Source: Octopus vulgaris
Taxonomy: Eukaryota
Reading direction: 5' to 3'
NCBI GenBank assembly: GCA_951406725.2
Contig: OX597820.1
Coordinates: forward strand, 75,020,001-75,084,000
Length of the DNA stretch: 64,000 bases
Shown here: piece by piece, positions 1 to 14,387 of the stretch
Position numbering within the stretch: the stretch's first letter is position 1
How the letters are laid out: each line of letters opens with the position of its first letter
Made by a program: the position numbers and the translations under genes
The notes under the pieces: generated by a model
Told to the model about the DNA's origin: nothing
The model's database searches: none
Seen by the model: only the letters and a program-made list of their open reading frames with translations

Positions 1-448
1 TGAATGTTGGTTGGATTCATCGCTTTGAGCTAGAGAAAAAGACAATCATGTAGTGGTAACACCCCTTCTCTCTTACTCCAAGGTCGTTTTATCTGCAGGG
101 AAAGTGATGGCATCAGCATTTTTGGATGTAACGGTATTGTGCTTGTTGACTATTTGAAAAGGGTGACACTATCAGTAGAGAACACTATGCCAACCTTCTG
201 AGGAAGTCACGAAAGGCAATCGGGACCATCAGCCCGGGAAGCTGTATCCAAGTGATGATGACGTCATAGCTGCTGTTCATGACTTTTTTGACCAACAGCT
301 TAAAAGCGTCGTTACCAATGGGATCCAAGCACTGCAACACCGATGGAAGAAGTGGACTGTAATAGGTGCAATGTTGGTAAATAAACCCCATTTGGTCACA
401 TTCCATGAGAGTAATTGGTCAGCTAATGCACTTCTCAATCGACCCCTG
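1..448 (+). mobile_element. Degraded, internally deleted mariner transposon (transposase fragments plus right end)
   Basis: Manual translation across stops and frameshifts gives WIHRFE..SAGKVMAS..GIVLVDYL..YANLLRK, then SDDDVIAAVHDFFDQQ..NGIQALQHRWKK, typical of mariner transposase; TIR-like end near 415-448. Confidence 0.8.
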
Positions 449-1240
449 TTTGTCACCATTACAACGTCACTTATTATTATTGCATGTTCTAGTAACTTAT
501 CACCGACTACCACTTCTACGTCTAACACCACCATCACAACTAACTTAAATACAGGCAAATATTTCTACAACGGATGTTATCAGCCATCAGCTAGCTACTC
601 GCTGCCGCTCACACAATGACAATTGGAGCCGCTACCGACATCATTTCAGAAATGGTTGCAGCTGCTATTTTTGCCCACACTGTCACCATGGTGATGCTCC
701 CCTCACAATGATCAACATAGCCGGTATTGTAAAGGCTCATATTTCTCGTCTGATTACATCTGTGGACGGACCCTTCTCTCAGATATATATGAAGGTTATT
801 AAACGATTTCCTTTTCGCGTTGCAAGACATCTCTCTTCACTCTTTTATTTTACTTTGATAATTCATAATATTTTTGGATAAACACATCACTGTTGATAAG
901 TGGGCGGCTTTATAAGAGAGAGGATTTTATATTATGATTCGATTGTATCACACCTAATTTAATACACACACATATTGCGATCTTAAAATATATATATGAA
1001 GCATAAATATGAACCTAAAGACCTGAGCAAAATACTCCCCCTACTCCCCCTCCCCTCAAAGCAAGTATTTTTCAAGATTTATACCTAGCTTCAAATGAAT
1101 CAAAGATCACCTGAATCTTCCCCATACAAAATATGTGTATACACATTTCTTAATATCAACCAACGGTCGCTTTTGTGATTCAGCTTCGCTGTGGAGGTGT
1201 AGCAAGTGAAAAACATGTATACTTGAATATCAATATTCGG

Positions 1241-2074
1241 TGTAACCCATTTTCTATTTCCATTTGAATTTTATCAAGTCTCTAGTTCCTAAAGTCTTTT
1301 ATAACATCGATTTTCTATGAAGATAGTGTCCTGCAGGGAAGCTGAACGCTGAAAGCCATTAACTATAAGGTTGACGATTGATCTAAAGTGGTAGGCGACT
1401 TCAGAGGTTTTATTGTTTTGATGGTAAATATCACTTCACACCGACCTTCTCACGTAGTGAAAGGAAAGGAAAGTAACAAAGATGGATGAGTTGACAGTTC
1501 CCTAAGAAGCGATCCTCGAAGACTCTTAGGAAAGATACAGCTACAGTGAGTTGGTGAAAACGATGGATGGGCGGCAATATGTCTTCAGGAAGAGAGAGGA
1601 GTCAAAGAAATTGTTGGAACCAGTGTTCACTTGAGACTCAAGAGACTTGAATTCGCAGCAAAGGAGAGAATAGATGCTGCCAGAAAACTGTTGGAAGTCA
1701 CAGTGAAAACAAGCCATTACATCTGTCTCAAGAAACGAGACGTATGACGCAGCAAGATCGTGCACTGAAGATGATATAAACACCTGGGGCAGAGTTGCAA
1801 CACCTGACTCATCAAAGTTTATGATGTACAGGAGTTTTGTCTCCTATATCGGTTTGTGCTTCCGGGCAGCTTCGTAGCTGTTTCACCGACTGAGGAGTTA
1901 TCGCCTGTTGCAATCGGTAACGGAAGACAGTAGGACACTCAGCACACGGATGTTACAATAAAACTAATTATCTTAAGAAAATTATTATTCTTGCTGTCTA
2001 ATGAATATTTAACTTGAATTTTCGATGTATTGTCTATAATGGACTATACTATGTCACGAAAATTCCACTTTACA
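1241..2074 (+). mobile_element. Possible solo LTR
   Basis: TGTAA...TTACA termini, about 830 bp, GC-richer than flanks, AATAAA near 1957; flanking 5-mers match only 3/5 (ttcgg/tttgt). Confidence 0.35.
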
Positions 2075-3219
2075 TTTGTATTGTGTACAACGTGTTTGTA
2101 CATGTAAACATATTTTACGCATCACTCGTATACACACAAACCTATGCACGCAACCACCACATATCATGTGTGTGTGTGTGTGTGTGTGTGTCTCTCTCTC
2201 TATCGCTAATTTGTGTGCGTGTGTGTGTGTCAGTCTGTGCGCGTGCGTTATCTTTCATCTATGTGAATAATTTTAGAAAGTAGATTTTATTGGCAATATT
2301 GTAATTTTATAAATGACAACCGTAAACCTCACACTAAAATGCTATTAATAATTCATGTAAAAGCTATATCATTATTTTCTCCAGGATAAGATGAATATGC
2401 TTGCTTCTTTGCTTTTTTGACATTGCTATTTAAAAAAATATTCTGGATTTTCGAATTTTCTTGTAATGAAGGTCTTCTTGTTGAACGAAATGTCAATAGA
2501 GAAAGTCAAATATTCAAATATATTTATGTTTTGTGCCAAACATGAATTTAGAAGTGAAAAAAATTGATGATGCACACATTTACATGTAAAAATAACTGCC
2601 TTTCCTTCTAACATTCGTTGCATCTTCTGAACATGATTGTGATGATTGAGTACAGCGGATTGTAGTGATCTGAGGTCGATTCTGAAGAAAGCATGATATA
2701 TTTTGAGGAAAAAAATAACACTTTATATGTTCACTAGAATACCTGTGTATTTTGGTGTTTCACTTCGCACGTACGCGATTTCGTGTTCGATTCCTTTGTG
2801 TTGCTTAATGAGTTTTTCGACGGTATCACATACGCAAATCTAGCAATATATGGTTGGTGGTTCCCTGTCATATATTATCAACACCGTATGTGCTAATGGA
2901 TCCCTTTCTTTCACTCTCTCTTATTCACTCTTCTCTCACTTTCTCTCTGTTTCTCTCTCTCTCTATCTCTCTCTTCTATTTCTCAATTTCTCTTTGTCAA
3001 TTTCTCTTTCTCTCTTTGACTTTTTTTCTGTCAACTCTTGTTTTCCCCAGGGTTCGTTTGTATCCTTTACATTCTTCGGTTAGGCATCATTGACCTACAT
3101 GTCATCACGTTCAGCAATGCTCTCGTTTATATAGATGACACTGATCACGGGTCCATCTCTAATCATCCCATCGTATTTTTCGCCATAATGCATAGTATAA
3201 AATAAAAGCTCCCCCAAAA

Positions 3220-3700
3220 TATGGACGAACTTTTACGGGAAAAATAATCTGGATTCCGATAAGGGAGATCATGCATTAATCAGATACTAACACATCGAAT
3301 AATGATCGAACACTCATTGAAAAAGGACAGTTCTTTGTGAGTGGTATTTATCGATTATGAAAAGAACTTTTCCAGTGAGGAAAAGTGACATTTGAAATTG
3401 CTTCGATGTTTTGGTGTCCCCGATAAAATCCTTACTTTGATCAGGGCTGCTTATGAACGATCAACATGGCAAGTTCTAGATGATAGAACTTTGATGCAAC
3501 CATTCAGTGCATGGATGGTTGAGTCAAGAATGTCTGCTATCATCTTACCTTCTCCTATTGGTAAGTGACCGGATGATGAAAGAAACAAAGCACATCCCAA
3601 TGGAGTACAACAGTCTTTCTTTAGCTACTTAGAAGATATTCTCTTCACCGATGATGTTACTCTTGTCTCTCAACGCTCTGTTGACATGGATGAGGATATA
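3220..3700 (+). mobile_element. RTE-clade LINE reverse transcriptase fragment, degraded
   Basis: MDELLREK*SGFR*GRSCINQILTHRIMIEHS..VVFIDYEK..FGVPDKILTLIRAAYE..LEDILFTDDVTLVS matches RTE RT motifs (GFR.GRSC.DQ, FIDYEK, F.DD). Confidence 0.8.
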
Positions 3701-5220
3701 GCAGTGAGCAACTATAGATGTTTGTATCAACCAAATTTACAAATTGCTTGGACAAATTTAGATCATGGGATTTTTAAAAATTGACTATAATTTTATGTAG
3801 GAGAACTTATAGTAGTAATATTTAAAGGTGCAAAACACTCTCCCAATATACTTTTCTTTGTAGAGAAAATAAAACTTGAGATGGAAATATAAGTGATTGA
3901 TTTAATTCTGCTGACTATGTAACTGGTAAAAGCCATGGATGATATATTTGACATATATTCCAACGCAGCATTTATAAGTTCTGTTAGTTGCCATAAAAAA
4001 GCATTATTCTAATCCTGGCATCTTTTAAAAGTTACATCAGTATAGAACTCCACAACACCAATAAATACTCTGCATACAAGAGAAAATTAACCAAACAGAT
4101 ACTAGTTACAATACTCGATCGAAATTTACCAGTGTTTCGAATTAGTTAATATGAATGAGTTTATTTAATTTATACTTGAATCAAATCATTGTAACGTAAA
4201 AGTTACAACCACGCGTCGTCTTTCTTAATGATGTTACAGTACATTTTCTAAATATTTCATTTCGATCCTTTCTAAATACAAAATTGTTATTCTGCCTTTT
4301 CAGCTTTCATGAATTGGTACTAAATTTCTTTAATGCAATTCAGCTCTGATTACAGAAATAAAATATTATTAAATCTTTAAGCGGAATCGTTAGAGTATCA
4401 GATGGATTATTAAACATAGGCTGCAGATAAGGAAACCAGTTGCTCTCTCTTTGTATCTGTAGAGAAATAAATAAAAAAATTATATTGGTTCCTTAAATCA
4501 AAATAAGGCCTGGAATTTGTGATAGAGTCAAAACGATTGTGTGCAATTTGTAATTGTCCCGAGAGCATTCGGAGCATAAACAGAGTAAAAGAGCGCTAAT
4601 GAGAAATGGGGATTTGGTTCCAGATTTGACACGACGAAATAAACTCCATAGCAACAGCAATCCTTACACAATATTGTTTAGTTGTATTATTTTCAGGATC
4701 CTCAAATAATCACCTGATACTTTACTGATTTCATACTAGATTAAGATCGAATAACATTTTAGAGGAATGAGATCCAAATTCCATAAATGAAATTTAGTAC
4801 CCATTCATGAAATTCGAAAATACTGATTAATAATTGCATTTGATTTTTTATGGAAAACAATGAAATATATTTTTATGGAAATTCAAATGAAGAATGTTTC
4901 AATGGATAATTCCATACAGATACTAAATTCTTTAACTATTCTGTTGTCATGAGAAAATTATTCTATTTTTACTTTTCAATTTAGCAACATGCTTTATTTG
5001 GTAATCTTTATTCCATAAACAGGATATTGAACTGGTTAATACACTCTGTTTCGTGTGCATTCCTCTCAGCTCAAATTTTACTTCAGGAGGTTGAGAGCTT
5101 TTCTTATATACAAAATAAAAAATACATCAGTGTAATTGTCATTAAGTCTCAAATGAAACCTGTTCGAGGAAAAATTTGATCAAAAGTATCTCAAGTTGAC
5201 CAATTTTTCGTAGATTTGTT

Positions 5221-5612
5221 AGGCGTGGCTGTGTGGTAAGAAACTTGCTTCACAGCCATGTGCTTCCAGGTTCAGTCCCACTGCGTGGCACCTTTGGCAA
5301 GTGTCATCTACTATACTCTCGCTCCGACCAAAGCGTTTTGAGTGGATTAGGTAGAAGAAACTGAAAGAAGCCTGCGTACATACATATATATCCACGTATG
5401 TCTTTGCGCCTGTGTTTCCTTCTCCGCCACAGCTTGACGGCCGGTGTTGGTTTGTTTATGTCTCCATAATTTAGCAGTTCGTCAAAAGTGACTGACACAT
5501 CAAGTACCAGACTTAAAAGAATAAGCAGTGGAATCGATTCATTCGGCTAAAAATTCTTCAAGGCGGTGCTTCGGCATGGCCGCAGTTCAATAACTAAGAT
5601 AAGTAAAATATA
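5221..5612 (+). mobile_element. tRNA-derived SINE family A (CORE-like, octopus type)
   Basis: A box ggctgtgtggtaag, B box ggttcagtccc, CORE-like caccttgggcaagtg, shared 3' end ggcggtgctccagcatggccgcagtcaaatgactgaaac; many copies in window. Confidence 0.8.
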
Positions 5613-7039
5613 AAACATAATGTATGTTTACTATTTTAAAATCCTATCTTGTGATTTAATGCGTATTTGGCGACTATTCTAAACAGAGTAACCTCGTATA
5701 TAGAATCTCCATCGTAGTGTTAGATAAACTGCGTGAGTAAAGGATATCCATGTGCTTAGTCAAACGAAGGCAATTATAGCAACACCACACCACGTAGAAT
5801 AACGATGAATACTTGGTGAGCTTGTCTGCTTCACAATTTTAGTTCTTTTGTACATGTATTTCAATTTCTTTTTATAGGCAGGTCATTTACGTATCTTTTT
5901 CAACTGATTTACGTCGTTAATACTCTTAGTAAAAGCCTGGAAGTTAGAGTTAGAAAACTCTGTTTCTGTCATGTCATGCTTGTAATAGACTCTGAGATTT
6001 GTACTTATGCAAGTAATCCATATTTTTTCTACCTTTTGTGAATCACTGCATAACTAAAGGATATTGTTGATAATTCGGTTTTCATCGAGAAAAGGATGGA
6101 TGGAAGAAATAATTTAAACGACAGAATGAATGCATAACATATAGGAATTGAAATTCTTTGCTGGTGAGTCAAGCACTTGAAGCGCACCTGTGAGGCGGCA
6201 GAACGAGTTAAGAAAGATTTACACTTGACAACTAATTATAGGATAGAACCATCTTCAATCTTGTAAACACAAAACTGAAACCCTTAACTTGATATAAACT
6301 AAACTGAAGCCATTACATCCAATATCCATCAATACGTCTGCTTCGTTACTTTCCGTGCGTCTTGCATTTCGTCTGAAATGTGATTACTTTTACGATCTAT
6401 GACAAGTCTTGGATGAATTAAACCATTGCATCACGTTGCTGTATCATAACACTTTGGAGGTGAACACTTGGTTATATTGAATTAGTGGCCTAGTCAGAAC
6501 AGTGAAACAAAACGTTATAAGCGTTATACAGGTGAATACATTGCTGTACGAGGCATCGAGTTATATCATAGAGTGAATATTAATGAAAGATTTGCGTCAG
6601 TTACGAAGCACTGTGTGAAGATAAGCGATGCGCAAATATTTGTTAATTTAAAACCTTATTGGACATTTCATTGTTAGAAGGGAAACTAAATGATCAAAGT
6701 TGTTATAGCCTAAAGGTTTATTTTTCGATCCTGTCGAATTTGTAATATGAACACTGCTTCTTTTCTGTAACTCACGAAATAACTCGCATTAGTGTCACAC
6801 ACTTTTGGAAAATATATATATATATGAACGGGAATGATTTTAGGAAGTTTATAGACAAATACATAAACACAAATATAAGGTAAGAACGCATGCACACACA
6901 CACACACACACACACACATGTCTATATGTTTATGTACACACACATTCACAAACATACACACACAGACGCACACACATATATACATATATAAACCTTCAGG
7001 TATATACAACGTATATGTGATATAGGTTAATATATGTAA

Positions 7040-7064
7040 AGACACACACATATATATATGTATG

Positions 7065-7105
<41 letters not shown>

Positions 7106-7166
7106 CTATATCTATATATATATGTACATACATATGTATATAGATACGGGTATCTATGCATATATA

Positions 7167-7227
<61 letters not shown>

Positions 7228-7360
7228 TATACATATATGCATGCATAATACACATATGCATATATATATGTATTTACATATATATATACATATATACATA
7301 TATATATACACACATATGTATATATATATATATATATACATACACACACATATACATATG

Positions 7361-7411
<51 letters not shown>

Positions 7412-7420
7412 ATATAGTCA
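7040..7420. repeat. Compound (TA)n/(CA)n/(TATG)n microsatellite
   Basis: Directly visible; representative of dozens of similar arrays. Confidence 0.95.
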
Positions 7421-8302
7421 TTAGCTTATTACCGCTCAGTTTTCGCATGAATAAAACTTGCTTCATTACAAAATGTAGTGGATGGAAAGGAAAGCAACAT
7501 CATGTTAAAGATACAGAGAAAAATTGTTCTACAAGAAAAACAGACATTCACTTACCATATTTATTCCCAAACGTATCCGCACACACACACACACACATAT
7601 TCACACATATACATACTCACAAACACACACACAAACAGAAGCGCACACAAACACACGCATGCACATGTGGATACGCATTTAGACACACTTTTTTGCACAT
7701 AAGAAGTGCATATATTTAAATACAGAGGGTCTATAGATAAAACTGTAACATACACACGCACACGCACACACATATACACATACACACAAATACACACATG
7801 GAGTAGTGCACGCGCACTTTTATCTGCAAAGAATTTGTTGCCATCCATATATGCAATAACTGAGGAAGAATATGAAATTTCGCGAACGTAATAAAAGCTT
7901 TCAGGTTTATCGAAAAACTGGGTAAGATTTGGTTGGAATTCATTTAAAATTGCTACCAGTATTTGCTTTCTTTTAGCGTGTGATATAGATTCCGTTGCTG
8001 TTCGAAATATTTAATATTTCATCATTAACAGTTTGAAATCAAAATATTTTATGTCGCTATTCTGATGGTTTAAGATATTTTGCAATACATGTATCTCTAA
8101 GTTGCAGTAGAAAAATGAAAGAATATTTACATGAAAGAGAGAAGGCTAAAATATATGTATGATTCAAATATAGAAATGTATCAGTCACAAATACACAGTT
8201 AGGCTGACGACAAACATTCATATCCATGCGTGCACACACAAATGCACAGAGACGTATACACTTATGTATGGAGACATGTGTACGAGTGTGTATCATTGGG
8301 CT

Positions 8303-8365
<63 letters not shown>

Positions 8366-8724
8366 TATATACATATACATACATACATACATACATACAT
8401 GCATATATATATATATATATATATATATGGACAGGAGTGGGTGCTGTGTGGTTAGAAGCTTGCTTCCTAATCACATGGTTGAGGTTACAGTCCCGCTGCG
8501 TTGCACCTTGGGCAGGTATCTTCTACTAAGGCATCATATAATATATATGTTACATATATATTATATGATAACTTGACACTGTTTGGACTAAGATTCCCGT
8601 TGACAGGCCGATGGAATTTTTAGAGTGTTAAACTCTTTCGTTATGTAAATAGGAACTCCTTCATTTGCTGAGTATATAAACAGTTTGGCTCTTTGTTTCT
8701 CTGGAGACTGTTGGGGTCATCTAG

Positions 8725-8772
8725 ACGGCTCTGATGAGAACCCAGTAAGGTTTGAAAATCGATTAAGGTTGT
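8725..8772 (+). ncRNA. Minimal type I hammerhead ribozyme motif with weak stem I
   Basis: CTGATGA (8731) gaacc-cagtaa-ggttt GAAA atcgat TA; palindromic stem III; stem I acggct/aggttgt imperfect. Confidence 0.6.
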
Positions 8773-9002
8773 TCAACATGTTTTTTCAGTCTGCAGAGAA
8801 ATGGTTAAATTCTGCCCTATTTATAATTATATGTTACAAATATATATTTATGTATGTGTGTATATAATATTATTTATTTAAAAGTCACAATACATGTATT
8901 AAAGCGTTACTAATAGTTTCTTATTTTGAGAAAACACAGACATAATCTTCATGCGCAAACCACATAACATAACGAATTAAAGAATGTGGTGATATGCGGT
9001 TT

Positions 9003-9055
9003 GCCCCTGATGAATATGTATGAGTTTCCTCAAAATATGAAACTATTAGTCGGGC
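9003..9055 (+). ncRNA. Type I hammerhead ribozyme
   Basis: gccc CTGATGA atat..tgag tttc ctca..atat GAAA cta-t-tag TC gggc; all three stems pair; GUC cleavage after 9051. Confidence 0.8.
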
Positions 9056-9187
9056 TTTAATACATGTATTGTGACCTTTAAATAAATAATATTTCTCTCT
9101 CACCAGATGGAGCATTTTTTTTTGTTGAATCTTCTGTCACGCATCAATACATTATGTGTGAGTGTGTTTGTGTGTGTATACATACAT

Positions 9188-9481
9188 ATGTTCTTCACTC
9201 CTGCTCCAGAGCGTCGGCTGCGAGGTCACTCCGAAAAGCTCTATCTGCGATGATTTCATCTCAATCGAAGGAGAGGGGCTTTCTCCGTCCGGGTTGCGGA
9301 TCCGTGGAATAAGCTGCCGGACGAGATAGTAAAGATGCCAACGACCGCTCGGTTCAAAGACTCTCTTGACCAGAAATGGCCTGAACTCTTTGTAGGAACA
9401 CCCTCCATGTACATAACTCCATGTCCCTCTACATGACCCTGCGTTTGCTTTTTGAGCCAAAAAATTAACTTAACTTAACTT
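9188..9481 (+). mobile_element. CR1-type LINE 3' end
   Basis: RRLRGHSEKLYLR*FHLNRRRGAFSVRVADPWNKLPDEIV..FKDSLD (CR1 C-terminal RGH..KL and WN.LP motifs) followed by a (TTAAC)n tail. Confidence 0.8.
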
Positions 9482-12100
9482 ATATGATAAGATATAATAT
9501 AGGCAGTGGATAATGAAAGGGACTTGATAAGAAGATGGCTTCACTACCTCGCGGTCTAAGTACTCAATTTATTTCATAGCATCAATGGCAAATAACATCT
9601 TCGTACCAGTAATACAAAGGATGCAGATATTTTCAGATCATGCCAGACATATTCTGCCATATAGTGCCTCAAATGTACTCATATCTGTGACATATTCATC
9701 CTTTTACACTTTATTGGAAGAGCAGTATACTTAGGTGACCAAACCACAGAATCCTCATCGTCAGGAGGCAATAAGCGGTTACGATTATACATACGCCCCC
9801 ACACACACCTCACACACATGAACACAGGCCTTCAGCCCCCCCCCCCCCCACACACACGCACCTCACACACATGAACACACACACAGACAACGTACACGTA
9901 CATACACAAACACATAATGTATACACGCATATACACACGCATATTTTCTTCCAAACTCCACCGTTATTCAATTCTAAATTTCTGCCACGGGCCGCATCAC
10001 AAACAGCCTAATGAAGGCTTTGACTACATGTCGAAATGTATAAAATACAGAAAAATTCGGCTTAACGTTTTATATCCTGCTAAAAACATAGATTCAAATT
10101 TCAGAGAATGCATTAACATTTTAAGAGATCCGAATTTTGAGTAAATACCCATGACATTTTTATATGAAAATACAGAACTATTTTTTAAAATTTACATCTA
10201 TTGTATATGTAATATTCGTACTTAAATATATTTTTTCTATAATTCATTCATATTTTGCTTGTGTATCTATAATTCATTTATATTTTTCTTGTGTATCTTG
10301 TGTATCTATTTTCAAACTTTCTCTCGCATACCATGTCAAATTTTGGCACTTCAGTTTTAAACTATTAGAGCGTCAAGGCTTCCAATCATTGCATTAGTCA
10401 TACTTTCATCGATAAAAGAGAGACGTCAGATCTATTATATAATTATCAATAAAAATCGATCTGGCTAGTGTTGATGTGCTTAGACCGAATGGATTACCCT
10501 CTTTCTCCAACGCTTTTATTTGTTCTTTCGATTTGTGCTATCACTGAGCAACTGTATTCATTTGTTGCTTGAATTAACAATAAAAGCACCGGGACTATGA
10601 AAAGAATTGTGTGCAGTAATTGCATCTGTAAAAAACGTGTGGGATTCATAGAAGGCATTTACAAACAAATTTTTTTCCCGGAACCGGGAAATTTCTTTGC
10701 AGACAAACTATGAAAAATTTAATTTTATAGCATGCAAGAACTATTCAAGGATAATTTGGGGCAAAGCCAGCAACTTCAAACAGATTGTAAGTCAATCATA
10801 TCGACCCCAGTGCAAAGCTGGTACTTATTATATCGACCCTGAAATGACGCTATGCATTTTGCTCAGGGTTCGAATTATTCTGCCAGATTGCTGCTTTATT
10901 AGGAACTTGTTTCGTCTAGGTATCGAGGTATTGCTGAATACAGCTCAGTTTAACCAAATGTCTACTCCTTATATACAGTAGTATTGAAGAAAAAAAATTA
11001 TTTTTAAAAAATTTATAACAATACTAACACATTTAACAAATCTTGAAAGAAAATATTTCGATAGTATTTATCGCCTGGTTTTAAGAGAGAAAACAAAAAA
11101 ATATCTTTAAAATCAAACTTGAAGAACCTAAATCAATAAATCACACCAAAGACGTTTTTTTTTTCGTTCATACGAAATTTGCAAAATCATTAAAATCTAT
11201 TAAATAGAATTTTGCACCTAACGGGCAGCAGTTTTCAAAGCAAATATGCTATCAAAAGCTCTCTCAGGGATTTTCTTTTATACAATGTTTTTTAATATAT
11301 ATTTTTTTTCACGAAAAAAATTGGTAAAACTTCTTTTTTGTTTTGTCCAATATTTAAGACATGAATGAAAAATGGTGCAATGAAATATGAAGATATGTCA
11401 CTCACATCTGAAGGCATAAAAGCTATGCAAAATATTAATAAAATCAAACAGCGATTTATGAATAAAAAGAAATCGAATTGGTGAAATATATTTGGAATTT
11501 TGTCAGGTGAGCGAATAGTCACGCATATATAAGTGTATTTAAGGAGTGAGGTTTATAAATATTTTTTTGGTTTTCAATTTAAGAAAGAAAAAACCCGATT
11601 ATTTATTCCTAGCATCTCAAATAGTGTGACATATATTCATAGAAAATTGAAGAGAGATGTTTATAGTCATAGACGTTAAGTAAAAATATCTTTCTGATAA
11701 CAAGTGACCCATTCAAACGAGGTGTATGTGGTAAATAATGGAACTGGCATTTCAACAGATCATTCATATCTATTGATTAAGATTTTTTTTTATTCGAAAG
11801 AATGTGATAAAATTAATATTTGACTATGCACGAATTCAAAGAAAATGAATCTTTCAATTTTCGAGATGAATATTTCAGCTTTTCGATCAACTAAAACGCT
11901 TACAAACTGAATTTTAATGTATGTGGCTGATTATTTTCACGACAATTGTATCTTTACTGAATAGTTAGAGAGAATCAGTGTGATGGAGTGCTAAGAGGTT
12001 CGATATTTGAAAGAAGGGTACAGTCCAATCGACGACTTTCCGATCGGTTTCCAAACCAACCGATTCCAATGAAGTAAAAAGTTCAGGTACTTAACTCTTT

Positions 12101-12103
<3 letters not shown>

Positions 12104-12182
<79 letters not shown>

Positions 12183-12213
12183 ATATCTATATCTCTCTCT
12201 CTATCTATCAATA

Positions 12214-12310
<97 letters not shown>

Positions 12311-12315
12311 CTATA
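12104..12315. repeat. (CT)n/(CTAT)n microsatellite
   Basis: Directly visible. Confidence 0.95.
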
Positions 12316-12974
12316 TGTATATATTTATGCGTGTGTGTCTCTCTTTCTTTCTCTATGTATATATACATATATACATAGGTATGTATATATGTGTGTATGA
12401 ACATACAGAGAGAGAGAGAGGATAGAGAGGAATTAAGAGAAAGAGAGAGACAGACAGAGACAGAGAGAGGCATCTCTGTGTTATAAATAATGTATACAGA
12501 TTGTCAATAGGCCAGATAATACAATTTTTGTCCGGAGATAACATCTCTTATGGATTTGTATTAAGGTCACAGAATGTGAGAGAGACGAAAATTCATCTCA
12601 GGAGCAGACAACGAAAGCATCAGATGCATTTCTGTCTTTTTGTGCCTTTCGGCAGTGTATATATGTTATGATGCATAAATGGCCATTTTAATAGATACTG
12701 TCTCAAATATACACACCGAACATTTATTCCCTTTTTCCTTTATCAAAAACAAAATATTCTTGTCCAAGCATGTGACTTGCTGTCGGTGCATTCAATTCAG
12801 AAGGTCTGAAACAACCGAAATACAGCTGCACTTTGCGCGAAGCTTTAACAATTCAGTAAATTCACTGAAATGTAGATATTTGTCCCCGGAAATATGATTA
12901 ATAAAAACATTAACAAAATTTTATCTCCAAATCTGAAGAATAAGTTACTCAATACATTTTGTGTGGAGCCTTTT

Positions 12975-14330
12975 TGACTGCTGAATCCATCAGGGCTAGT
13001 AGCTGAGTTTGGGTTCACTTCATCTATAGCCCTTATTACATTGTTTTCTTTTATATTGATGTAATCAATCATCACTCTCTCTGTTTTTATATCTGCAATG
13101 GTAAAAAAAAGCCAGCTGGATTCCTGACCTGCAAGTGTCCTAGGGGTGGAGTGAAAACTCTTTTGAATTGCTCATTTAGCATTTCACTTATCCTTATTGG
13201 GTTTCTGTGAGTGAACCATCATTTTCAACAGCACTACATTGAGGCTGTTTCTTTGGCAAACTTATAGAAGGCTCTGAGGTTAGATTTCATATTGCTCCGG
13301 CTTCTTTGTCTGCTCTTTCTCTTTCATGGGGGAGTTGTAGTATTTTTTTTCATCTCCAGCAGTTGTATTTTCTGGCTGGATTTTTCACTGCTTTCAATTT
13401 GTTTTTTTTTCGGCGATTTGAAATTTTCGTACGTCGTCTCTTAAGAAATTTCCTCTCCTTTCAGATTGTGTTCTCTCTCCGTGACACATTTGTAGTATAT
13501 GGCATGCATTACAGACATGAATTTTTGACGTTTCATGTCGAAGTCCGGTGAGGAGAGATATTTAAACCAGTTTTGTTTGAGGATCTCTTTCTCAATTTGT
13601 TTCCGGTTTGCCTTATGGAAGTTCAAACTGGATTGATTTTGAGAGTTTCTTGTAGGCTGTATTTCCTTGGTTTCCTTTGGTTTGTACATGGTCAGCTCTA
13701 CCATGTTGTGGTCCAAGAGTAGCATCAGCATCACTTTCGCATCATGGATGAGATCCATATTTGTGAAGCAGAGATTCAGTATATTACCTGCTCTGGTTGG
13801 AGTACTATTTGTTCCATGTAAAGATTGTTGATGAGGTTCAAGAGGGACTTCACCTGTCCTTGTTCGCATCGCGCCATTCCTGGGAGAGAAAGGCTCACAG
13901 GCCATCCGACATTGGGCAGATTGAAGTACAATAAGTACGCTTATGTGTTGTTCTAATATGTCTAGAACTTCTATTTTTGTAAGGCAGTCTTCAAACATGT
14001 CTACATGATTCGGAGCATATGGAGGGTGATATGTAGCACATATAATTACATCGAGTTGTCTTATATGTACAATTAGTGTGTCACATACCGAATTTCAGTG
14101 TGACAAAAGGATGTGGAGTGTGAGATTTTCGGAGATGTAGATAGCAAATCCAGCATGACTCCTTTCTTTTCTGTCGGTCTGTAATGCAACATACTGTGGT
14201 ATGTGTATTTCTGCCTTTGCTATATCTGGTTTCTGGTGTGTTTCCGTGAGTTGCATAAGGCTTGATTGAATGCAACAAGGTCTCTCAGGAAAGGAATTTT
14301 TGTCCTGTTACTAAGTGTTAACGTTCCTCT
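12975..14330 (-). mobile_element. Degraded CR1-group LINE (APE endonuclease and linker)
   Basis: PTRAGNILNLCFTN..DHNMV (APE C-terminal motif), NFHKAN, and DYINIKENNVIRAIDEVNPNSATSPDGF (pre-RT GPDG motif). Confidence 0.75.
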
Positions 14331-14334
14331 GATG

Positions 14335-14387
<53 letters not shown>

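Noticed and set aside
1886-1935. CTGAGGA followed by a 7-bp stem gttatcg/cggtaac
   Set aside because: Followed by GGAA rather than GAAA, and stems I and III do not form
5221-5290. tRNA genes at SINE heads
   Set aside because: Only A/B boxes are retained with no full cloverleaf, and they continue into SINE bodies
6710-8576. Long [12 protein letters not shown] ORFs here and throughout the window
   Set aside because: Translations of (TA)n, (CA)n and (TATG)n microsatellites that lack stop codons
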